A DNA stretch of 64,000 nucleotides from Octopus bimaculoides. Its lineage: Eukaryota. A program made the position numbers and the translations under genes. The notes beneath the pieces were generated by a model that worked only from the letters and a program-made list of their open reading frames with translations, was not told the origin of the DNA and made no database searches. Location: the NCBI RefSeq assembly GCF_001194135.2, contig NC_068998.1, positions 16,978,848 to 17,042,847 on the forward strand, given 5' to 3'. Below, one piece after another: positions 14,801 through 25,524 of this stretch (position 1 is its first letter; each line of letters opens with the position of its first letter).

Positions 14801-16929
14801 GATTTCATTATGAACTGAGGGATAAATCCAATTAGTTCATCTAAACTGCACTTGGAAAGCTGACACTTTTACAGATTTGTAGATACACAGCAATATGAGC
14901 AACAAGTTGTGCAATACTATTTCCACCCACTCAGAGACCTCTTTTGGAATTTTATCCCATTCCAATGAGTGTAATCAATATTCATGGCTTCATTAATTTC
15001 AGCATTACATTTATCTAATGTACTCTCAGGAATGATCCTCTCAATACCTTGTGTTTTAATCTAAAATTTCTGTCATATATCAATGCTATTTATATTAAAC
15101 ATTCTGAAGGTGAATTTCAATTAAACCTGCTGAGAACTTAGCAAACATATAGTTAGCATATTTAATGAGAGCTGTGAACATGATTTCCCTGAGAAAGTCA
15201 TAATAGTACTGTGGCTCAACCAACTTTGCTAAAATCCAGTTACCTGGTAAGTTGGATTGCGTGTCTATGTAAATTGCTTACAGGTAATCTTTAATTTATT
15301 TCAACCAGTATTTTGAAGACGCAAAGAACTACTCTGAAATGTTCACGGAAAATTGAGGCGACAAAATTCCGAAAAATTGAGTATAACGATTTATTGAGTT
15401 GGCACAAGGTCAATTCTCTGTACTAGTGTGGGTAAGAGAATTCAATTGATCTTAGTATATAAGTACTGATTCAAATTTTATCGAAGGAGGAAAAACAAAG
15501 TCAATGTCGGAGGTTATTACTTAAAACACAACTCTCCCGAAAGAACAAGAAAAAAAAAAAGGGTACGAATAATTATAATAATTAAGTGAATTCTAAAGAT
15601 CCGAAACCAAGCTACTATATCACAACATGAAGGACGAGCGAAAAATGACAAATATGAACTGGACAATTGCTGCTGCATAATGAATGAATTCAATGAGCGA
15701 AGTTTTTACTTTCTCATGCAACATTTGATTTAGTGAGGTTTACATATTTTTTGCAATAACTTAGAAAATAAAACAGTTCAACGCACAAAAGAAAATTCTG
15801 GAAGACGGTCTAAACAGACACCAGCAGAATGTTAAACATCGATGTTAATTTATACAAATTATACGGTCTTTTTAGCTTAAAATATTACATTGAGAACAAG
15901 AAACAACTTGAGATTATTCTTCTGGATTCTACACAAATAACTTTCTGTATGTAAAAGTGTTAACATGTTAACGATTATAGAACAATATTAAACGAATAGA
16001 AAGAAAGTGAAAAAAAAAAAAAAAAAATACTAATAATCATTTCGAAATCCTTAACATTATTCTTCAGTATTACATTTCATTGCTGACTTTTCCTAAACAT
16101 TTTAATCTAAAACCGTTTATATTGTAATTCATATATCAACCATAGCTGAAAATAGTACAGTATGTGGGTGTTATCTAGATGATTAAATTCTCAAACACTT
16201 TCTTATGTAACAAAATAAGTGCCGAATTAACTATTCCTAGTTAAGTGACCATAACATATAGTTTTATATAAATAGAATAATTAACTAAACAATGGGGCCT
16301 GACTGCTTAGTAAAACGACAAAAACAGATCGTCACATCAATACTAAAAATAGGTAGAATACTTTCCCAAAGCAAATCAGTATTTGAAACAATATTTTAAT
16401 GTCAGATATATTACTTTTCCTTGAAGCGATGAAACAATTCATTTATACTAAGAGTACCTAAATAAACGACACTCAGTCAAACAGTCTATTTTAGTCACAT
16501 GCACAGTCATAACAACAATAATAAATTAAAAAAAGAAAAACAAACAAAAAATCCTGACTTTACAATTGCTACTTCCTAAAGTAATTTTGCTTAGTTGATC
16601 ATATGGTAAACAATAAACACAGAAGTTTATAATGATACTGACTAACTCAGAAGGTGTTTGGACAACTGAAGAATTTTAACAATATATTAGAGGATATTAT
16701 TACAAACGAGACGTATTAGAAGTAGAAATACAAATCAATTTTAAAAAAAAATGGTTCTCTTGTTTTACGTTTTATGCTATAGCTTAGCTTTCGGATATCT
16801 GCAACAAAAAGAATACACAATTTATACGAACATTCAAAGGACGATAATATTATTTAAACAGTTTTAAACCGAAAGAAAACGTATGACGCATTATGTACAC
16901 ACGCAAACATTAATACATCTGTATGTGCA

Positions 16930-16978
<49 letters not shown>

Positions 16979-18155
16979 GTGAATCATCAGCTTCTTTAAA
17001 ACTCTACATGCATCGAGTACTCTATCTCGCGTTTTGTACCTCAAAACGTATATATATATATATATATATATATATTTAAACTAATGGCCAGACAAGTCTA
17101 AACACACATTTTCATCAACTATTGGGTAATTGGAAAATAAACTACACAAGAAAAAAAAAATCATCATTAAATAGAAACTGTAAAATAAATTATATGATAA
17201 AAATCGACCCTGTTAAAGACATGTACTTGCAAATATCAAGTTTGAGATTTCATGGTCGATATATCTAGGTGCGGGTAAAATTTTAATATGCATGGACATA
17301 AGAAACGACACAAAAATAAGATGTTGGGACATACAATTAGCTAGGTAAATTTTATATAGATATTTTTTACACACACGCATTATATATTTATATATTATGC
17401 ATATATACACTCACACACGTAAAATATATATATAATGCATAGTATACTTATCGATACAAGTATTTTATGGGCGTTTTTTTTTTTAAGTATGTGAAATGAT
17501 CTTTCGATATTTTGAAATATGCATGTTTACGAAATCAATGATGATTTCTAGTAAAGTTAATTCTTTTAAGAAGGATAAGGCAAAATAAATTTTTTCAAAG
17601 CTCTCTAGTTTACTCATAAAGTACGTAATATTGTGTATAGATAGCATAAATACATTTAACTACAGTTAATATATATAATACACACATATATATATATATA
17701 TGAGGGGGACAAGCGGCATTAGGACATACTTTCCAAACGCTTTAAAAACAGAACATTACTGATTCTATTCTAATTTTAAAACCAAACTCTTTCAACTAGT
17801 CGTCTAGATTATCATTCAACGATCGACAAACTACAAGAATCTTATTTAAGCAGCGAAAGCTACAGAAAATACATTTCCGAACTAGATAGTTATAACTGGT
17901 CATAGACATGGTATACAATTTTTTTTCACCCTTTACTTCCGGGATGTAGTAGAATTTCAGATTAAAATAAGTTAAAATATGATAGCAAACAAAAGGAAAA
18001 ATAATTCAGATTAACATAGAAGTGTATTTAAAAGACATTCTGCTCTGAGAGAGTAGAACGCGCACTGCGCACATTGTATTATCAAACAACATCTTCAAAG
18101 CAGAACGGAGCCATCTTGAAAATTTTACGATGCACTCACCCTCATGGCGAGACAT
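6633..18155 (-). CDS. KCMF1: E3 ubiquitin ligase KCMF1, 5' part: join(complement(18140..18155),complement(6633..6800)); downstream exons outside the window
   Basis: The spliced translation [61 protein letters not shown] is the KCMF1 N-terminal ZZ zinc finger. Splice sites are GT-AG. The 16-nt and 168-nt coding exons match vertebrate KCMF1 as I recall it. Confidence 0.95.
7240..7560 (-). mobile_element. Two degenerate SINE family B copies
   Basis: Reverse complement of the B-family core gttcaaattcc..gaggtcgactttgcctttcatcc..ggggtcgataaa.taagtacc. Confidence 0.65.
11000..11280 (-). mobile_element. Probable Penelope-like element terminal fragment carrying a decayed hammerhead motif
   Basis: Locally CpG-rich block. 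The minus strand at about 11088-11052 reads ctttCCGACAA-a-GGGC-tcc-GCCC-GAAAC-GTC-atac, the layout of minimal type I hammerheads of Penelope-like elements. Confidence 0.55.
12860..13180. mobile_element. Degenerate MITE-like inverted-repeat element
   Basis: ctatatgtaataggcatgtaaacac (about 12951-12975) is inverted at about 13078-13105 (gtgtttacacatgcctattacatag). Weaker outer complementarity links about 12860-12925 with 13130-13180. Confidence 0.45.
18110..18117 (-). promoter_or_regulatory. YY1-like motif (AAGATGGC) just inside KCMF1 intron 1
   Basis: Plus strand gccatctt. YY1 motifs commonly sit just downstream of housekeeping TSSs. Motif match only. Confidence 0.35.
18140..18155 (-). CDS. 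KCMF1: KCMF1 coding exon 1 (ATGTCTCGCCATGAGG, MSRHE/G)
   Basis: ATG at 18155 followed by strong donor G|gtgagt. Joins in frame to exon 2 to give the invariant KCMF1 start [10 protein letters not shown]. Confidence 0.95.
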
Positions 18156-18229
18156 TATAGCTGAACGGACCGCGAGAGTGGCGAGTAAATATTCCGAAAA
18201 CGTGAACTGATATGGAAGATTATACTCAT
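18155..18229 (-). other. Candidate uORF (24 aa, MSIIFHISSRFRNIYSPLSRSVQL*) whose TAA overlaps the KCMF1 ATG (TAATG)
   Basis: Open frame read directly from the sequence. Inclusion in the mRNA depends on an unmapped TSS. Confidence 0.5.
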
Positions 18230-18622
18230 GTATAGCAAGTTCTGTCTTCTGCTGTAATTATGACTTCTTTTTACAGGTACGTCTGCTTCAAAATTCCCAG
18301 TAGGAATTTTGGAAAAGTCGAGGCCATGGTGACGTCACGAGAATATCTCGTCTTGTTTGGTAACAGTGTGATTTGAAGCACTGATTCTTTCAGTAATGCT
18401 TTTTAGCTATTTTTAACATATTTTGTCTTTTTATGCAATATTTCCATAAAAAATCCAATTAATTTAGTGTTTTTCTAATTACTTTGAAAAAACAAAAATC
18501 ATTATCTGTCCTAGTGACGACAACTGGTAATACTGACGCTTCCATTAGCGGTTGCTACTCCTGCTGTTTACTGGGAGGTCACTTCCGGTTGTAGCATCTC
18601 GTGTGTCATTGTAACATAAACC
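18156..18622. promoter_or_regulatory. Bidirectional promoter/5' UTR region between KCMF1 and QDPR
   Basis: 467 bp separate the divergent ATGs, and the region is CpG-enriched relative to the introns. It holds a palindromic CRE gTGACGTCAc (18330-18337) and an ETS/GABP site ACTTCCGG (18581-18588). Confidence 0.8.
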
Positions 18623-18709
18623 ATGGCAGTGCAGGGTCGTATTCTCGTTTACGGAGGCAAAGGTGCGCTCGGCTCCACTTGTGTTTCTTATTTCAAGAGC
18701 AAGAATTTT
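18623..18709 (+). CDS. QDPR: QDPR exon 1 ([29 protein letters not shown])
   Basis: Strong start context aaaccATGG; donor TTT|gtaaga. Confidence 0.95.
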
Positions 18710-20207
18710 GTAAGACACCCAATTATATTTATATTTTTTAGTATATCTCTTTCCCAATAGTACCTTCTTCACATTTGTGATTAATGAAACTAACATTATC
18801 TTCTTCATTCTTTTCTACATGTATTTCGTTTGATGAATGAAAGGAAATTAAACAATACTCTACGAGACCCGGTCACTCTATATTTTGGTAAAATTTACCT
18901 TGTTTTGATAGTGTCTGTGATAAATCAGGTATTTATGAGCTGATTGTCGCATTTAATTGCATTTCGTACCGACGTCATTATTATTCTAACTTTACGTCTT
19001 ATTTTGCGCTGTTTTCCTCTTCCTTATAATCAATGTTTTTTCTCTCATTCGTTCGTACTCTTAATATATTACGATTTTTCCGAATGAAACTGAAATTACA
19101 TATACTTTTAGAAACAAAAAGAAAATCAAACCGACGCTTATGGTTTGTGTGTGTAAATATATGCATACTCGTAAAAGGTTATAGGCACCGATGACTGAGA
19201 CTATATAACTAGGGTTTATTTGAAGATAATATCCCTTATATAAATATAAAAATAATTTAAAACTTTATTTTAAATCAATTGTTTATTAGTTACAACAATT
19301 GATTTAAAATAAAGTTTTAAATTATTTTTATATTTATATAAGGGATATTATCTTCAAATAAACCCTAGTTATATATTCTCAGTCATCGGTGCCTTTAACC
19401 TTTATTAATTTATAACTCCACTCTGTAGTAATTCACTAAATTCCTGTATACTTCTATAGTAAGTTAAAAATGTGCTTTAACGGTTAGACTCTGCTTCGCT
19501 GATGAAGTCGAATAAGACCGAAACACGCCAGGATTTACACCGTACTTTAAAAAAACCAAGCCCACTGAAATTTAAAGGATAGTCGTAATCACCCTGCCAG
19601 AATTAACTTTCACTAAGGATGTAATTAAAACTTCCATTTTATTTAGAAGTTTTCATACAGCAGGTGTCCCTTGGTATTTTCTCCCTAGCTATTTACTTAT
19701 AAATAGGTTGCGAAATATTCAGTTATTCTTCGAGGAATTTGTACATATATTAGTCCGGCCTATTGATTAACTGAAGAAACTGGAGGAGAATCATCGGTAT
19801 TATTCTGTCATTCTACACTAGTAGAATTTAATCTTCTCCCATTCTGTTTTTTCCCAATTGCATTAATCTTTCTTTTCAGTACAAGCCTTTTTTTTTGTTT
19901 TTGTTTTTAATTTTTAATCTTCGTTTTCAAAGCAGTTATCGATCGACACAATACCATGACAGGAACACCTGCCATTTCATGGTGCCATCGATCACTCTCT
20001 CTCTTCCAGGAATAGTATATGTGTCTCCGCTCAGTTTTCTCTTACACTGATTGCATTTGGGATATATTGATATTTTTTTTTATACGCATCTTTGCCATAG
20101 AAAACGAGATTTTTGATTTTCATGTCTTATTCTCCGAATTATCTGGCTTAAATGAAATAAATGAGAATGTGCGTGTATGCGCGCGCGCACACACACATAC
20201 ACACTCA

Positions 20208-20238
<31 letters not shown>

Positions 20239-23200
20239 CAGTTTATCAGTATATATTCTCGAAATAGATACAAGCCAAGTTTCCATCATTATACATACTG
20301 TTCCTAGTAGAGATGCTATTCCAAACGATATGATGTGACACAAGAGTAGTGGCTGTCCTATGGGAGAAGGCTTTGAGCAGCGGAGAAAGTCCCATAGTTT
20401 GTAAAATTGAGTTTTAAAGAATTATATGGATGAAAAGTTTGTCTTAATAATTAAGAGGTGGTAGAGACAAAAAAATTTTTTTTTACTAATATTTTATTTT
20501 GGGAAGACCTAGATTTTATTAATTTGAGGAACCCAAGGGTCGTTGACAATAATTGGGAATATTTCGAGGTTTTAAATTTAAATAATACAATTGACAGAAA
20601 AATATTAAAGTCCGTATTAAAAAAAATTTTAAAAAAAGTGGAGAGAAAGAGAAAGGAAAAACGCCCATAAGGCAGAGCAGATTTTCTCCTGGAGCTTATT
20701 TTTTTCTATTTAGGCATCATTTCTATCATCTTTTAGCCTGTTGCACTTCTCTCAGACTCATCAAGTTGATACTTATAATGACTGTCACTATATAATTCCA
20801 CATTAAACTTCTGCTTATATGCTGATAAATGGAGGATTTTTTTTTACAAGATTCAAATTACTTCACAACTTTTATTTATCTCTCTACAGTTCAAGTATTT
20901 TATATTTTCCTTTTCTGCTGGTCCTTTTTCTCTCAAGGGTTGTATAGTTATGCGAATTTACATGTTTAATGTGAGCATTGGGTATTGTTAGTTTATTAGC
21001 CCAGGTTGGCTCTGATCAAGCAGACCTATGCAGTAGGTACATTTTTGCTTGGTACTTGTAAAAACGTAAGCGAAAATAATTAAAAAAAAAATCTTATCTC
21101 TTGGTCCTAGTTAATATATTTTCAGCTTAGATAACAGGTTCAAAACTTCACTGTATTGTTAGGAAAACAGAAAAGAAATTGAGATATTAATGTGATAAGG
21201 TAAAAAAAAAAGTTTCAGATAAAGAATCTTCTTTGAAGGATTCCCATTCTCAGCCCTGCCTTTTAAGCATTAACTGTTTCGTCAAATACATCAGCATTTC
21301 TCTGCTTTTGCACTTCTTTTTATTTAACTGATTCTTTCTGATAATCACTTCATCTTTTCAAGTTCAAGCCATCACTTTTAATATCCTACGATATGCCTCT
21401 GAGGCTATATACACTATTAAGGTACTGGAAGCCACTTGAAAAAAAAATACAACTATATGATTGAAAGATTGGCTATTAAGATGGGATCTATAGTTCATTG
21501 ATGCTTAATGTAATAAATTACATGGGAGATTGTGTTAACCGAGTTAGATTATCATAGAAATAACTAGTGTTCACAGAATGACAGCTGTGTTAAATTTAAT
21601 GGTTACAAATTCAGAGCCATTTAACTACATTAAATTTTAATCATTTTTCATAAATATAATATTCCATTATGTATTTGCATACTAATTGTTAATGTTATAT
21701 TTATTATAAAATTATATTTAATGAGGAATTTTATTTTTATTTATGGGATTTGTAATTTATAAAACCATCAAATATTGTAATTGAAATGTGCAAAAATTTA
21801 TAAATTCCTTTACAGAAACAATTATAGTAAGAGATGAATCTCTTTAACATCTTCAGTATATAAAACTTTTTATTCTAATGTAGGCCTGCTTACAAGGGTA
21901 ATTGGTTCAGATTTGTGATTCAGTTCCATAATAGGACCCATTTTTATGGATGCATTTTTGAACTTGAGTTTGTTTAAGTTAAGAATAAGAACCAAACCAC
22001 CTGGGGAATACTACCTGCAATGGGTTAGCATCCTATCCCAGGATGTATCACTTCCAATTAACTCCAGTGTACATACCAGAGCTAAATCCAGAGATCACAA
22101 GTCTTTTCATGAAGACTTTAAACTTTTTTTTTTAATGAAATAAGCATAAGCTAAGATTACTAAAATTAAAAAGATCAAAGACTTTCTTTTTCTTTTTGCC
22201 AAAATAAAATCTGAAATCCATGGAATCTAGTGTTGGCAACAATTAGCTTGTAGTTTGATAAGTACAATTAGTGTGCTTGTGTCCTTCCTTTCCTTCCTTA
22301 CTCTCAGCTGAAGTTTCACATCTATCATTTGAGGTTTTGAAGCTCTTCCAGAAACTCCCTTATTTAGCACATTGCATGGGATAATAATGTAAATTTTATG
22401 AGAAATAAATATTGATAAATCACTAATTGCCTTATTACATAGCGGGGATCAGGAGATGAGCTGGTAGAATTGTTAGCGTATAATTCCATCACATACCAAC
22501 ATGAAAAAACAGGTGTAAAATGAAAATGATGGCTATTATAGCATGTTACTGATAATTTAAAAGATTTTGCAGTTGTATTAGGTGTTAGAAACGTTTCTTT
22601 TGTTAGGTAGTACTGACGTTTTACATAGGCTGAAGGTTAAAGAACTTTGATCGTTGGAAATGGGACACACTATCTAAATATGCATATTCATGTGAGTCGA
22701 GGGTGTGGAGTGAGAGAGAGAGAGCTTGACATGCTCAAAAATAACCAACTCTCTTTCAAGTCACACTCTTTCTTCTTGAAGATATTTGGGTCTGTCGTTA
22801 AGGTGTTGTAGTCTTGGCTGGAACACCTTTCATCAAATAGTTCTCAAACTGACGAATATCAACTACCCCCCCCCTCTCCAAAATATAGGGTAATTGTTTG
22901 GGTCCCTGCCCAACTTTATTAATGTGAAGACAAAATATTTTACATTTATACAATTATTTTTTTTCTCTCCCCAATATGGTGATGCACTAGCTTCAAAATA
23001 TGTAAACTACCTTGATTTTAGTAAAAATGTCAATTTGCCTGTTCCCTTTTCAATCCTCACAGCCCCTCCTTCAGGAGGGCATGTCCTTGTGAGAAATATG
23101 GTTTTAAATAACGGCAAACTTCAGGCTAAACAACAGTAAATTTCAAATATGAGCTCCATATAGAATTAAAACTTTAAATGGGTGTGAAACATATGCAAGA

Positions 23201-25466
23201 TATCTTCCCAAACATAATTATTTATATGAAGTTAGCAGTAATTATACAGATAGAATTCATTGAGTAAAATTTGCTTTTACTCAAGTAGCTATTTTTTTAA
23301 ACTGTACCCTGAATTATTTTGAAATGAATCAACATGCTATGTAGTTGTCAGTCCTCACTCGCCTGTGGAATTATGAAACTTAGCAATGAATTGGGGACAG
23401 TTAGGGCCCTGAAATAGTTTCCCATGTAAATGCTTTATTTGCACAGTATGTTTTTGATCACCCCATTCTATGTAGTAACACTTTAGTCTCTTTTTTTTTT
23501 TTTTTTTTTTTCCTGTCACAGATTGTTTCAAAGGCTATAATTCCCACGAGTCTTCTGCAACCGTTCCCATTTCTTGCCCCCATATCCTAGTTTTGTTTCA
23601 GATAGAGCTAAATTCCTGTTATCTTTCAATTTATCTCATTCTTTTACATGTTCAGAAGCATGAAGGGTGTTGATGGGGTGCTTGAGAAGACAGTGGTTGA
23701 TAGGGGAGTAGAAGAATGAAATAATAATAATGATGATGATGATAATAATAATAATCCAATATTTAACAATGTGGGGTGAAAAGTACAGCTAAAATGAGTG
23801 ATGTGGGTGAAGGAAGAAGTACCCATTGGGGTGAGAAAATTTTTTCTTAGCTACTTAACTCATACTGATTGATATTGCTTCTCCCCTGTCTCATACTTAT
23901 ATACATGGCATTATTTTTGGAATTTTATTGTGATTGTGAGTTAGCAAGACACAAATATAAAATGTGTTTGTCTTAGCAAGGACTGCTGCAGATGTTTTAT
24001 CCTGGGTCATCTCTCATCAAAAAAAATCTTTGATGAAAGGTATTCCAACTGTGACCATTGTGTCTTTTTATGACTATACAAGACTGTATTATCCACTGTA
24101 CCCTGTTTTTTTTTTCTTTTTATGGTAGGATGTTATTTGAGGGAGATTTGGTTGCCATTTTTTGTTAGTTGAGCAAACCTGTTTGTGCATTGGCAAAGAA
24201 ACAAGTATATCTAAAATATGTGTGTGTTGGCAAAGTCAAGTGTAGATCTGAAAATGAGAAGTAAACATTTGTTTTAAAAATAAATTGTATGCTCTTAGAA
24301 GCATGCAGCTGTTCTTGTTTGATGGGATGTACATTCAGAGAAAAGATTTATATCTTACAAGAAAAGTAGTCTCATCTAAGAAATGGAAATTCTTTTCTGT
24401 CAAAATGTTTTAAAACTCATCTGTTTCAAATTCATTGCTTATAAAACTTTGTTCACTGTGTCGGAGAAAGGTTGACTGGGAAACAAAAGCAGTAGAAGGC
24501 TGAATTTTGAGGAGGATTGGTTTGGCAAAAGGTTTAACTCTTTAGCATTCAGACCAGCCATATCGGGCCCAAATATTCTACCTGTTTTGTGTTCAGACTG
24601 ACCAGATCAGGCCTCTCACAACATCTCTGCAGTGTCATTCTAAAAGTAAGCAATCACATCCTTGAAATCTGAAAGCTATGAGATAATGCATGATTAATTC
24701 AAAGTAATTTGAATGAATAAGCATTATATGTGATGGAGTAATCTGAATGCTAAAGGCTGAGGGATGAGTGTCTCAAGTAGGGACCTGTCTGGGGAGAGCT
24801 GACCAGCCTATTGTTGCACAGTGCCCTCTTTCACTAAGTGGTAATTAACAAATGTCTCCTTTCCATGCTTGTTAAAGAAGTTAAGTCCAGATTGTTTTAA
24901 TCAAGAAATTACTGAAGGCAAAGATTTAATATGATGTAGATGAAAGCTGTCATCATCGTCGTTTAATGTCCGCTTTCCATGCTAGCATGGGTTGGACGAT
25001 TTGACTGAGGACTGGTGAAACCAGATGGCTATACCAGGCTCCAATCTGATTTGGCAGAGTTTCTACAGCTGGATGCCCTTCCTAACGCCAACCGCTCAGA
25101 GTGTAGTGGGTGCTTTTATGTGCCACCGGCATGAAGGCCAGTCAGGCGGTACTGGCAACGGCCACGCTCGAAATGGTGTATTTTATGTGCCACCCGCACA
25201 AGAGCCAGTCCAGGGGCACTGGCAACGATCTCACTCGAAAGTCCTTACACATGCCGCGGGCACAAGTGCCAGAAAGGCGACGCTGGGCACAGGTGCCATC
25301 ACAATCTTGCTTTCGCTTGCCCCAATAAGTCTTCGCAAGCTGAGTTTCGTGTCCAATGAAGGAGACGACGTTGGCATGGGTGCCAGTCGTCGAATTTAAC
25401 TCAATTTCAATTTCACTTGCCTCAACAGGTCTTCACAAGCGGAGTTTAGATGAAAGCTGTCATGTG

Positions 25467-25524
<58 letters not shown>

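Noticed and set aside
18264-18282. Plus-strand ttcttttacag|gtacgt splice-like motif suggesting an upstream QDPR UTR exon
   Set aside because: No convincing acceptor before the QDPR ATG, and the ETS site suggests a TSS near 18590. Cannot be supported without transcripts.
19941-19993. Imperfect hairpin (gatcga/tcgatc, accatga/tcatggt, cagg/cctg)
   Set aside because: Short helices with large internal loops and no snoRNA boxes; plausible by chance.
20458-20670. 70-aa Lys/Leu-rich ORF in QDPR intron 1
   Set aside because: GTG start right after an in-frame stop, AT-driven composition, no recognisable domain or splice sites.
21270-21295. Minus-strand ctgatgt..gacgaaac hammerhead-like string
   Set aside because: A9 is missing and there is no stem II or GUH site.
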